Shown: positions 40,539 through 49,251 of the stretch, piece after piece
How positions within the stretch are numbered: the stretch's first letter is position 1
Layout: every line of letters begins with the position of its first letter
Assembly: GCA_018369015.1 (NCBI GenBank)
Contig: JAGZDD010000001.1
Coordinates: forward strand, 21,370-85,369
Reading direction: 5' to 3'
DNA from: Clostridiales bacterium
Lineage (GTDB): Bacteria > Bacillota > Clostridia > Lachnospirales > Lachnospiraceae
Length of the DNA: 64,000 nt
Notes under the pieces: generated by a model
Database searches by the model: none
Seen by the model: only the letters and a program-made list of their open reading frames with translations
What the model was told of the DNA's origin: nothing
Translations under genes and position numbers: made by a program

Positions 40539-41513
40539 TTATTTTGTATGCAGTGTGTGACCGATATAGTATCTGGCCCGTAAAAGGGAGCGGGGAAAAT
40601 CCCGTGTCTGTTTCGCATTGACGATGACAGGCCCATGAAAGCCGGATTTTAAAAGCTGTTGATAAATTTCAGGAAATGCAACATTTCCCTGACCAAGATC
40701 TTTAAAAATCTGAGTAGCCTGGACGCATGGAAATTCTGGTGAAGGGCTGGCATAAACATTGTCATTATCAATAAATGCTGTATCGGAAAAATGGACGGTT
40801 CCAATGAGAGATCGATTATTTTTAATAAATTCAGAGGGATTTTCACCGGCAATTTGCAGCTGGGCGGTATCGGCATCTATGAGAACCGGGATGCCATTTA
40901 AATCCGACTGTATTTGTCTGACATAATCTATGATTTTACTGCCGCGCAGCAGCCCCCAATATTCATTTTTAAGACATAAAGTGACATCGTTTTTTGCTGC
41001 GTCAGATGCAAGGCGGGCAATGACCTGTTTATTTTTCTCAAGGAAGCGGTCAGCCCATGATTCGCTTTCACCGGACATGTTTTCCAGAGCCTTGATTGCT
41101 GCAATGGGCGGCGTTGCTGTTAAAATGAAAAATTTTGTTCCTGCCTGCCTGCAAAAATCAATGGCTTCGGCGGCAAAATGTTCCATGGCGCCAAAGTACA
41201 TATCGGCATTTCCGGAGCAGAACATGGATGGATCCAGGTGAACGCTGGAAATCCCCTGTATACCTATATCTTTCAGCATATTCATATAATTTTTTACAGT
41301 TTTGAATTTTGTTGTAATAGAACGCAGCGTTCGTGGAATACCGGAACGTCCGCCAAAATCCCATTTAGGTTCATAAGGAATTTCAATATCTGTAAAGCCA
41401 GCCCCACAGATCAGTGTGTAGGCCTCGTCCCAATAGAATTTACATTCCCGCTGATTCCGGTTGGGGGCCTGGTTGTGCAGATCAATCATTTCCGTACTCA
41501 GGCAAAAGTTCAT
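40539..41513 (-). CDS. divergent sugar phosphate isomerase/epimerase-family TIM barrel
   Basis: GFTDIE, LKNE, DTAQL, VHFSD, DLGQGNV.F. Confidence 0.75.
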   Translation of the reverse strand: MNFCLSTEMIDLHNQAPNRNQRECKFYWDEAYTLICGAGFTDIEIPYEPKWDFGGRSGIPRTLRSITTKFKTVKNYMNMLKDIGIQGISSVHLDPSMFCSGNADMYFGAMEHFAAEAIDFCRQAGTKFFILTATPPIAAIKALENMSGESESWADRFLEKNKQVIARLASDAAKNDVTLCLKNEYWGLLRGSKIIDYVRQIQSDLNGIPVLIDADTAQLQIAGENPSEFIKNNRSLIGTVHFSDTAFIDNDNVYASPSPEFPCVQATQIFKDLGQGNVAFPEIYQQLLKSGFHGPVIVNAKQTRDFPRSLLRARYYIGHTLHTK

Positions 41514-41649
41514 AAGAAAACCTCCTCGTATAAATGATAGTACCCTTAACTTAGAAGGGGGTTAGTACAGTATGTTTTAAGAATAAGCGTTCAAACAGAC
41601 AATGTCAACACTTTTTGATAAATATTTTATAAAAGTTATATTAAAAAGA

Positions 41650-41678
41650 TTGACATTGGAAAAAATATTGTGTATTTT
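41650..41678 (+). promoter_or_regulatory. sigmaA promoter of the 41898 oxidoreductase
   Basis: TTGACA-N17-TATTTT with TG extension. Confidence 0.6.
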
Positions 41679-41695
41679 GTTAGTAACCGTTCAGC

Positions 41696-41757
41696 CAGCC
41701 GGGAATGATGGGCTAAAAATCGTGTAAACACGATTTTTAGCCTATTGCTCCCGGCTG
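41696..41757 (+). repeat. long inverted repeat (about 30-bp stem) in the 5' leader
   Basis: CAGCCGGGA..GGCTAAAAATCGTGT-AA-ACACGATTTTTAGCC..TCCCGGCTG. Confidence 0.85.
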
Positions 41758-41897
41758 AGGGAGAGCTAGATTATGAGCAAAGGCAGCCGCGAAGCGGCGG
41801 AAAGCACGTTAGCTGCGCAAATCCGATATGCATGACTGGATAGCTGCTATTTGCCCGCTGTATGGCGAAAGCTTTATTACGTAAAGGAGTTAGAATT

Positions 41898-43079
41898 ATG
41901 GAAAAAAAGAATTATGTTGGTATTGGAATTATTGGGTGCGGAACGATCAGCGATGTATATTTGACAAATATCACAAAGCATTACAACAATGTGAAAATTA
42001 TTGCGTGTGCGGATATGTTTTTAGAAAAGGCAAAGGCTGCAAAGGAGAAGTACGGATTGCCAAAGGCATGTACCGTTGAGGAGCTTTTGGCAGACCCTGA
42101 AGTAGAGCTTGTTGTTAATCTTACAATTCCAGCGGCCCATTATGAAATTAACATGAAAGCATTGAACAGCGGAAAGCATGTGTACTGTGAAAAGCCGTTA
42201 GCGTTAAGTACAAAAGAGGCCAAAGCAACCGTGCTGCTGGCGAAAGAAAAAGGGCTTCTGGCATGCAGCGCACCAGATACATTCCTGGGGGCCGGTATAC
42301 AGACCTGCCGCAAGCTGTTAGATGAAGGACGGGTCGGGAAGCCTATTGGATTTACTGCGAATATGGTTGCCCCGGGGCATGAATTGTGGCACCCGGCGCC
42401 GGAGTTTTATTATAAAAAGGGCGGCGGGCCAATGATGGATATGGGGCCATATTATATTACGGCTCTTGTGTCTCTTTTGGGGCCGGTAAAGCGCGTATCT
42501 TGTATGGCTAAAATTTCCAGAGCAAAGCGAGAGATTCACGGTACAATGATGGACGTTGAGGTTCCCACACATTATGCGGGAATCATGGAGTTTTCCAGCG
42601 GTGTTATTGGAAATATAAATATGAGCTTTGACGTATGGGATTCCCAGCTTCCCGGCATTGAAATATATGGTACAAAAGGAATGATTACGGTTCCTGACCC
42701 GAACCTTTTTGGCGGCTCTGTGAAGGTTTTTGATGGAATGAAGCTGGCAGAGCTTGTAAAAGAAACCCAAGGCCCATCTTTTGCCAGGCTGGTAAAGATG
42801 ATAACAAGTACCCCGCAGTGTCGGGGGGATGTTCCCCTGGCTTTTCCGGCAGATGAGGACCCAAGGTGCAACATGCGCGGGCTTGGCGTGTCGGACATGG
42901 CCCAGTCTTTGCTTACAGGACGTAAAAGCCGCCTAAGCGGGGAGCTTTCCAGTCATGTTGCCGAGGTGCTTACAGCATTTGATAAAGCCGCCCAGGAAGG
43001 CAGGACCTTAACAATGGAAACCTCCTGCGAGCGCCCGGCGCCTATGGCCGGGGGCCTTGAACTTTGGCAGGTGGACTGA
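41898..43079 (+). CDS. Gfo/Idh/MocA oxidoreductase
   Basis: GIIGCGTIS, YCEKPL, SAPDTFLG, WHPAPEFYY..GGGPMMDMGPYY. Confidence 0.92.
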   Translation: MEKKNYVGIGIIGCGTISDVYLTNITKHYNNVKIIACADMFLEKAKAAKEKYGLPKACTVEELLADPEVELVVNLTIPAAHYEINMKALNSGKHVYCEKPLALSTKEAKATVLLAKEKGLLACSAPDTFLGAGIQTCRKLLDEGRVGKPIGFTANMVAPGHELWHPAPEFYYKKGGGPMMDMGPYYITALVSLLGPVKRVSCMAKISRAKREIHGTMMDVEVPTHYAGIMEFSSGVIGNINMSFDVWDSQLPGIEIYGTKGMITVPDPNLFGGSVKVFDGMKLAELVKETQGPSFARLVKMITSTPQCRGDVPLAFPADEDPRCNMRGLGVSDMAQSLLTGRKSRLSGELSSHVAEVLTAFDKAAQEGRTLTMETSCERPAPMAGGLELWQVD

Positions 43080-43131
43080 AAGCAGGCAGCTGTGACTATA
43101 AGCGTCTGAAAAGAGCTCTCCTATAAACGTC

Positions 43132-43160
43132 TTGAGAAATCCCGGAGAATCATTTATACT
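43132..43160 (+). promoter_or_regulatory. sigmaA promoter of the ROK regulator
   Basis: TTGAGA-N17-TATACT. Confidence 0.55.
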
Positions 43161-43196
43161 AAACTTATAAAAAAGTATTTAAAGGAGAGTCCGGCC

Positions 43197-44312
43197 ATGG
43201 TTACTGGGATCAGCAATATTGAGGTGCGTCAGGCGAACCGGCAGAACATTCTTCAAATTATAAGAGAAAATGGGATGCTGACGAAAAAAGATATATCGAA
43301 CCGCTTAAATTTAAGTCTTGCCACAGTGACAACTCTGCTTCGGGAATTAATTGATGAAGGGGTCGTGGAGCCTGGGGAGGCTTCGGATTCTACGGGAGGA
43401 CGAAAGCCGATATTGTACCGGGCTGTGGCCAATGCAAGAGTGGCGCTTGGGGTATCCTTAAGCCGCCGTCATATCCGCATGGTGCTTGCAACGTGGAACC
43501 AGGAGATATTAAAGACAGGCAGTGAGCAGGTACTTTATGAAAATACAGACGCCTATTGGGAAAAGCTTAAGAATATCATCCATAATTTCCTGGAAGTTGA
43601 TTATGTAGAAGGCGGCTGTTTTAAAGGGATTGGTATTTGTATACAGGCGATTATCATTCCCGGAACAAATATGGAAGGGATCATCCCAGTGGAAATATTT
43701 GAAGGGATTGATTTTGAGAAAATTAAGGCATTATTTCCTTGCCCGGTATTTTTCTATGAAAATATGAAATCGGCGGCATTTTCCCAAATCGGCGCTCCGG
43801 GAAAGCGCAGGCAGACTGTATATCTTATGCTTGACCGTCTTGTGGGCGGCGCTGTTGTGGCGGGCGGAACCTTCTGGGGCTTGTCAGACCGGGCGGGAGA
43901 GTTCGGACACATGGTTGTAGGCGATGGAGAGGATATTTGCTGCTGCGGCAGGCGCGGCTGTCTTCAGACCTGTTGTGGGAGCGATGTCATTCGCAGTAAA
44001 AGCGGCAAGGAGCTTGCTGAATTTTTTGAGGCTTTGGAAAAGGATGACCTGGCATGTATGGAGATTTGGGAGAATTACATGAAGTATCTTGCCAGAGCCA
44101 TTCATAATCTCAGGATTATCTTTGATGTTGACATTACTATCGGCGGCGAGATGGTTCCATATATACGCCGGTACGAAAAAACATTGCTGGCAATGCTGGC
44201 TCAGACGGATCTTTATATGGAGCCTGTGAATTATCTGCATTTTAGCGATGGCGGCGAAATGGATAGCGCCGTGGGGGCCGCCTATATTACTCTGGAAAAG
44301 ATTGCACAATAA
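43197..44312 (+). CDS. ROK-family transcriptional regulator
   Basis: N-terminal wHTH, STGGRKP, AGEFGHM, CCCGRRGCL. Confidence 0.92.
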   Translation: MVTGISNIEVRQANRQNILQIIRENGMLTKKDISNRLNLSLATVTTLLRELIDEGVVEPGEASDSTGGRKPILYRAVANARVALGVSLSRRHIRMVLATWNQEILKTGSEQVLYENTDAYWEKLKNIIHNFLEVDYVEGGCFKGIGICIQAIIIPGTNMEGIIPVEIFEGIDFEKIKALFPCPVFFYENMKSAAFSQIGAPGKRRQTVYLMLDRLVGGAVVAGGTFWGLSDRAGEFGHMVVGDGEDICCCGRRGCLQTCCGSDVIRSKSGKELAEFFEALEKDDLACMEIWENYMKYLARAIHNLRIIFDVDITIGGEMVPYIRRYEKTLLAMLAQTDLYMEPVNYLHFSDGGEMDSAVGAAYITLEKIAQ

Positions 44313-44553
44313 TGGGAATTACATTTTCTCGTCTGAATAAAGGCGTTTAGTAGAATGTGACAATGGCACTGCCTGGGGGGAGATTTGACGGCAGGAAGTC
44401 ATTTGAAGCCCTGAGTTTGGTTAATGGATATCGACCGTTTATTTACTAATAAGTAAGTTGATAAGTAAGATAGTAAGCTCTTGTGCCGCGCACCGCGCGG
44501 CACAGCTATGCGTTCATACAGATGGAGCCGGACCCAAAGAGATATACGTATAT

Positions 44554-44607
44554 AAGAAGGGTATGGCAAGAATCATCATATGATTCTTGCCATACCCTTC
44601 TTTTTTT
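44554..44607 (+). terminator. perfect 23-bp hairpin plus T tract upstream of the third deglycosidase operon
   Basis: AAGAAGGGTATGGCAAGAATCAT-CAT-ATGATTCTTGCCATACCCTTCTT-TTTTT. Confidence 0.75.
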
Positions 44608-44741
44608 CACAATAAATACGCAAAACTTGGCAGAAAATGCCGAAGGTTCGACCGAAAATCCAAAGGAAGCGGGCAGACGGAAAATTTATAATGTAGGAGA
44701 AATGAGGAACTGATAAAACGAACGTATATAAAGGAGGAGCC

Positions 44742-45200
44742 ATGTTTGATAATTTTTTAATCCGAAAGGACAGCCTTAAAAATGAAATTGATGGCAACGG
44801 CAACGTCACCGGCTTTATGTTTGCTGCGAGAAATGCCAATTACAGGGGAGTTTATCTGTCGCTTCACAATGGCTATTACATTAAAGTTGACGGCGTTCTT
44901 TATAAAAGAGATGTACAGTCCTTTGAAATTAACGGACAGAAACCAAGGACCTTTGAAGAAATAAAAAACGCTGTGTGGGAACACTGGGATTTTGATGACG
45001 AAGGGATTATTCATGTAAAGAAGCCCGGCGGCCTGGCTCCGGGAAAGCATATCATTGAATTTCAGCAGTCCGTGCTGGCTGCCTATGGTTATCTTCCCAC
45101 AGATGAGGAATGGGTAAAAAATCCTCCTGAGCCGGGAACCGGGGCCGGATCAGATAAAACAAAAAATATTGTCACATATGAGCTTATGCTTCAGGAATAG
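44742..45200 (+). CDS. C-glycoside deglycosidase beta subunit-like (DUF6379)
   Basis: GF.FAARNANYRGVYLS, HWDF, KKPGGLAPGKH. Confidence 0.8.
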   Translation: MFDNFLIRKDSLKNEIDGNGNVTGFMFAARNANYRGVYLSLHNGYYIKVDGVLYKRDVQSFEINGQKPRTFEEIKNAVWEHWDFDDEGIIHVKKPGGLAPGKHIIEFQQSVLAAYGYLPTDEEWVKNPPEPGTGAGSDKTKNIVTYELMLQE

Positions 45201-45215
45201 GGGGGAACAGAAATT

Positions 45216-46349
45216 ATGGGAAAAATCAAAAGAGGCGTTTCATTATACAGCTACCAGCAGGCGCAGTTTTTCAAAGAGCTTGACTTAGAAGGACAGATCC
45301 GGGAGGTTGGAACAAATCTTTTTGGCGCGGACGGCATTGAGCTGCTCGATGAGCAGGCCCTTCGCAAATATCCAAACCCGCCGGAAGAGTTTTTTATCCA
45401 ATGGCACGGATGGATGGAAAAATATCATACAACTCCGGTGACAATGGATGTTTTTTGTGATGTGCTCCAATTCAGGAATCACGTGATGAGCTATCACGAA
45501 TGTGCCGACCGCCTGAAAAGCGATATACGCCTGGCTAAAAAGCTGGGATTTAAAAACGTTAGGGTGCTTGCCACAACGGAGATTGAAATTCTTACGGAAG
45601 CCCTCCCTGTGGCTGAGGAATGTGACATACGTATTGGAAAGGAAATTCACGCGCCGATTCCATTAAACGGACAGTTTGTCAATGAGATTGCCGATTATGT
45701 GGAACGCACAGGAACGAAACATCTTGGAATCGTTCCGGACTGGGGGATTTTTGCTTTCCGGCCGTCCGAGGTTACTTTAGATTGGTATAGACGCCAAGGG
45801 GCAAAGCGTGAAAGCTGCGAGCTTGTAACGCAGCTTTGTATGGATAACTACAATGGAAAAAGTACAGAATTAAACGACATTGACCTTTCCCTATATTCTG
45901 CGGGAAATGTGGAATCCTTCTTTCATCGTTATTTAAAGCATGGCGATGCTCCGAAGGACTTGATCCCGGCGTTTGAAAAAATGGAAAAAATGATTAAGGA
46001 AAATGTTCCCGGATATACAGACATAGATTTTGAGGTTATGGGCCAGGCCCTTTTACTTTCAAGAATTAAGCCGGAGGATTTAAAGCCGCTCATGCCCTAC
46101 ATTGTAAGTATTCACGGAAAGTTCTACAACATGACTGAAATTCCGGGAAAGCCAGGCCAGTACCAGGACGTTTCCATGGATTATGAAGGGCCGATTAAGG
46201 TACTAAAGGAAATGGGCTATGAAGGCTATATTAATTCGGAGTATGAGGGGCAGCGCCGCTTCCAGGACAGGGGCATTGAGGATCTCATCAGCGAGGTTGA
46301 CCAGGTAAGAAAGCATCAGGAAATGCTTAAGCGGCTTTTAGATGATTAA
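45216..46349 (+). CDS. C-glycoside deglycosidase alpha subunit-like TIM barrel (DgpC-like)
   Basis: IKRGVSLYSYQ, KEIHAP, VPDWG, HGKF, SEYEG, DQVRKHQ. Confidence 0.82.
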   Translation: MGKIKRGVSLYSYQQAQFFKELDLEGQIREVGTNLFGADGIELLDEQALRKYPNPPEEFFIQWHGWMEKYHTTPVTMDVFCDVLQFRNHVMSYHECADRLKSDIRLAKKLGFKNVRVLATTEIEILTEALPVAEECDIRIGKEIHAPIPLNGQFVNEIADYVERTGTKHLGIVPDWGIFAFRPSEVTLDWYRRQGAKRESCELVTQLCMDNYNGKSTELNDIDLSLYSAGNVESFFHRYLKHGDAPKDLIPAFEKMEKMIKENVPGYTDIDFEVMGQALLLSRIKPEDLKPLMPYIVSIHGKFYNMTEIPGKPGQYQDVSMDYEGPIKVLKEMGYEGYINSEYEGQRRFQDRGIEDLISEVDQVRKHQEMLKRLLDD

Positions 46350-46370
46350 GAAAATACGGAGGAAAATTGA

Positions 46371-47474
46371 ATGAGGAAATTAAAATTAGGAATTATTGGA
46401 ACCGGCGGGATTTGCAATAATAAGCACCTGCCATCTCTCGCAAAGGTAACAGACAAGGCGGAGGTTGTCGCCCTTTGCGACCTTATTGAAGAAAAGGCTG
46501 TTGAAACAGCAAAGCGCCACGGGCTTGAAAATGTGAAAATATATACGGACTATAAAGAGCTTTTAAGCGACCCATCCATTGATGTCGTGCATGTCTGCAC
46601 ACCGAACGTTTCTCACTGCCAGATTACTGTCGACGCGTTTGCGGCGGGAAAACATGTTCTTTGCGAGAAGCCTATGGCGGCAACGGCAGAGGATGCCGGG
46701 AAAATGCTGGAGGCATGGAAAAAATCGGAAAAAAAATTCACGATTGGTTATCAGAACCGCTTCCGCTATGATGTTCAGGTGTTAAAAAAAGCCTGCGACG
46801 CTGGAGAGCTTGGGGAGATTTACTATGGGGAGGCCAATGCGATCCGCAGAAAGGCTGTTCCTACATGGGGCGTATTTCCAAACAAAGCCCTTCAGGGCGG
46901 CGGCCCATTAATCGACATCGGAACCCATGCTCTGGATATTACGCTTTGGTGTATGAACAATTATGATGTAGACAGTGTAAGCGGGCAGGTATTTTATAAA
47001 CTGGGAAACATTCCTGAGGCCGCCGAAGGAAATACCTATGGCCCATGGGATACAAATACCTTTGAGGTTGAGGATTCTGCCATGGGCTTTATCAAAATGA
47101 AGAACGGCGCTTTGATTAATCTGCGCGCGGCCTGGGCGATTAATATGCTGGATGCAAGAGAGGCGTCGACGACACTTTGCGGAACAAAGGAAGGCGCGGA
47201 AATTAAGCATGGCGGCAGTTATCCAAAATCTGAGCTGTGGTTTAACCATACGCGGCATGGAAAAATGTGCCATGAAACATTATCCGGCGAAGCCTTAGTT
47301 GATTATTTTGACGGTGTCAATGAAGCCCCGGGAGTCGTTGAGGCAAAGCAGTGGATTGAGGCTATACTTAGCGACACACAGCCTTGCGTAAAACCGGAGG
47401 AGGCATTTAGAGTAACACAGATTCTTGATGCGATTTATAAAGCGTCTGAAAGGAATGAAACAATAAAATTTTAA
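46371..47474 (+). CDS. Gfo/Idh/MocA oxidoreductase (close paralog of 25043)
   Basis: GIIGTGGIC, CEKPM, GGGPLIDIGTH. Confidence 0.92.
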   Translation: MRKLKLGIIGTGGICNNKHLPSLAKVTDKAEVVALCDLIEEKAVETAKRHGLENVKIYTDYKELLSDPSIDVVHVCTPNVSHCQITVDAFAAGKHVLCEKPMAATAEDAGKMLEAWKKSEKKFTIGYQNRFRYDVQVLKKACDAGELGEIYYGEANAIRRKAVPTWGVFPNKALQGGGPLIDIGTHALDITLWCMNNYDVDSVSGQVFYKLGNIPEAAEGNTYGPWDTNTFEVEDSAMGFIKMKNGALINLRAAWAINMLDAREASTTLCGTKEGAEIKHGGSYPKSELWFNHTRHGKMCHETLSGEALVDYFDGVNEAPGVVEAKQWIEAILSDTQPCVKPEEAFRVTQILDAIYKASERNETIKF

Positions 47475-47497
47475 AAACTACAGGGGAGGTAAATTCA

Positions 47498-49186
47498 ATG
47501 AAATTTAAGAGATTAGCAGCATTGATGCTGGCAGGACTTATGGCATTTTCAGCGGCAGGATGCGGGGGATCAGGAGCCTCGAACGGTTCATCGGACGCCG
47601 CAGACGGAACAAATTCCGCAACGGAGAGCGGCGCGCAAAGCAGCGCAAGTACGGCCCAGGCCTCAGAGGGAATGGTGGACAAGGTAGTGTTTGCCCTGAC
47701 TGCCAGTGACTTTGATATGTCGCCGTTTGCCACAGGAAGCACACCCCGCAACTGGATGGTGCAGAACGTTTACGCAGCCCTGTACTGTATGCCTTATTAC
47801 GGCGCCAGCCTGGAGGAAATGGAGCCGTGGCTTGCGAAAAGCTGTGAAAAAGTGGACGATTTAACCTATAAAGTGACATTGTATGACTATATTCACGACA
47901 GCAAGGGAAATGCTATTACGTCTGAAGACATTGTATTCAGCTATGATATGTGCTACGAAAAAGGCGGCGATGTGCGTATTGGCTCATATCTGGACAACAT
48001 TGAAATTGTTGACGATTACACAATGCTGTTTCATCTCAAAAAGAGCGGCCCGGGTGTCATGGAATATCTTATGGGGAACTACACATTAAGCGTCTGTGAC
48101 AAGGAATGGTATGAAAGCGCTACGGACGAGGAGAAAAACAATGACCCGGCGGCTACAGGAGCGTATAAGATTGTCGATTACGCCCAGGGCGCCAGCATTA
48201 CCTTAGAAGCAGTTGAGGGTTATTGGCAGACCGATGACAGCCTCCGCTGCAGCGCAGATACGCAGAATGTAAAGACGATCGAATACAAGGTAATTACAGA
48301 GGCTTCCATGAGAAGTATTGCGCTGGAAAACGGTGAAATTGATGCGACCGTTATCGACGCCAGCGAGTTAAAACGCTATTACAGCGACGGCCAGCCTCTT
48401 GACGGCTATACGGTCAACATTGCGGACGGTACATTCTGCTATACGGCCTTTGTAAATATGGAACCTGGCCAGGGCTCCCTGGCGGAGGATGAAAATCTCC
48501 GAAAGGCGGCGCTGTACGCATTAGATTCCGAAAGCATCCTTTACGGCGGCAACTTTGACGAGGATACCGGAGAGGTATGCTACAGCCTTGGAACTCCGGT
48601 AATGGCGGGCTACAATGACAGTTGGTCCGAGGATTACTTTAATTACGACCCGGACAAGGCTAAGGAATTTTATGAGGCTTCCGGACATAAAGAGGGTGAA
48701 GTGACCATCCGTCTTTTAAGCAGAACAAGCATCCCTGACGGTATTCATTCGGTTATGGTGGCAAACCTTGAGGCCGCAGGCTTTAAGGTAGAGCTGCTGA
48801 CCTACGATCAGGCATTGTTCAGCACCTATAACCTTGACCCGTCACAGTGGGATATTATGCTCGATAATAAGGGCGCGACAGGAAATATTGTGACCTGCTG
48901 GGATAATAACTTCAATCCTGAAAACCGTAAAGGAAACACCGTATGCTTTACTCAGGACGATACATTAATTGACGACCTTAATGCGGCGACAGCTACGGGC
49001 AGCGAAGAAGATATTGAAGCCTTCCACCAGCATCTTAAAGATCTGGCGTGCTGCAAGGGCCTGTTTACAAGCAAGACAATTATTGTCGGCCAGGATGGAA
49101 TCATCGACCTTGCGCTGACAGGCAACATGGAACCGAGAGTCAACGCGTTTACATTTGCGTCGGACTATCAGTCCGTTGCGCAATAA
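47498..49186 (+). CDS. ABC substrate-binding lipoprotein, peptide/nickel (family 5) type
   Basis: Lipobox AAGC; PWLAKS, ITSEDIVFS, TGAYKI, ALENGEID. Confidence 0.85.
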   Translation: MKFKRLAALMLAGLMAFSAAGCGGSGASNGSSDAADGTNSATESGAQSSASTAQASEGMVDKVVFALTASDFDMSPFATGSTPRNWMVQNVYAALYCMPYYGASLEEMEPWLAKSCEKVDDLTYKVTLYDYIHDSKGNAITSEDIVFSYDMCYEKGGDVRIGSYLDNIEIVDDYTMLFHLKKSGPGVMEYLMGNYTLSVCDKEWYESATDEEKNNDPAATGAYKIVDYAQGASITLEAVEGYWQTDDSLRCSADTQNVKTIEYKVITEASMRSIALENGEIDATVIDASELKRYYSDGQPLDGYTVNIADGTFCYTAFVNMEPGQGSLAEDENLRKAALYALDSESILYGGNFDEDTGEVCYSLGTPVMAGYNDSWSEDYFNYDPDKAKEFYEASGHKEGEVTIRLLSRTSIPDGIHSVMVANLEAAGFKVELLTYDQALFSTYNLDPSQWDIMLDNKGATGNIVTCWDNNFNPENRKGNTVCFTQDDTLIDDLNAATATGSEEDIEAFHQHLKDLACCKGLFTSKTIIVGQDGIIDLALTGNMEPRVNAFTFASDYQSVAQ

Positions 49187-49188
49187 CA

Positions 49189-49219
49189 GTTATGCCGCCG
49201 CATAGCGCGGCGGCATAAC
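49189..49219 (+). other. stem-loop after the SBP gene (probable mRNA-stabilising/partial terminator)
   Basis: GTTATGCCGCCGC-ATAGC-GCGGCGGCATAAC, no U tract. Confidence 0.55.
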
Positions 49220-49251
49220 CTCTATATATGAAATAAACGAACAGGAGGAAT

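Noticed and set aside
39587..43079. Inositol catabolism (iol) operon
   Set aside because: No iolB, iolC or iolD homologs; the context fits keto-glycoside chemistry better.
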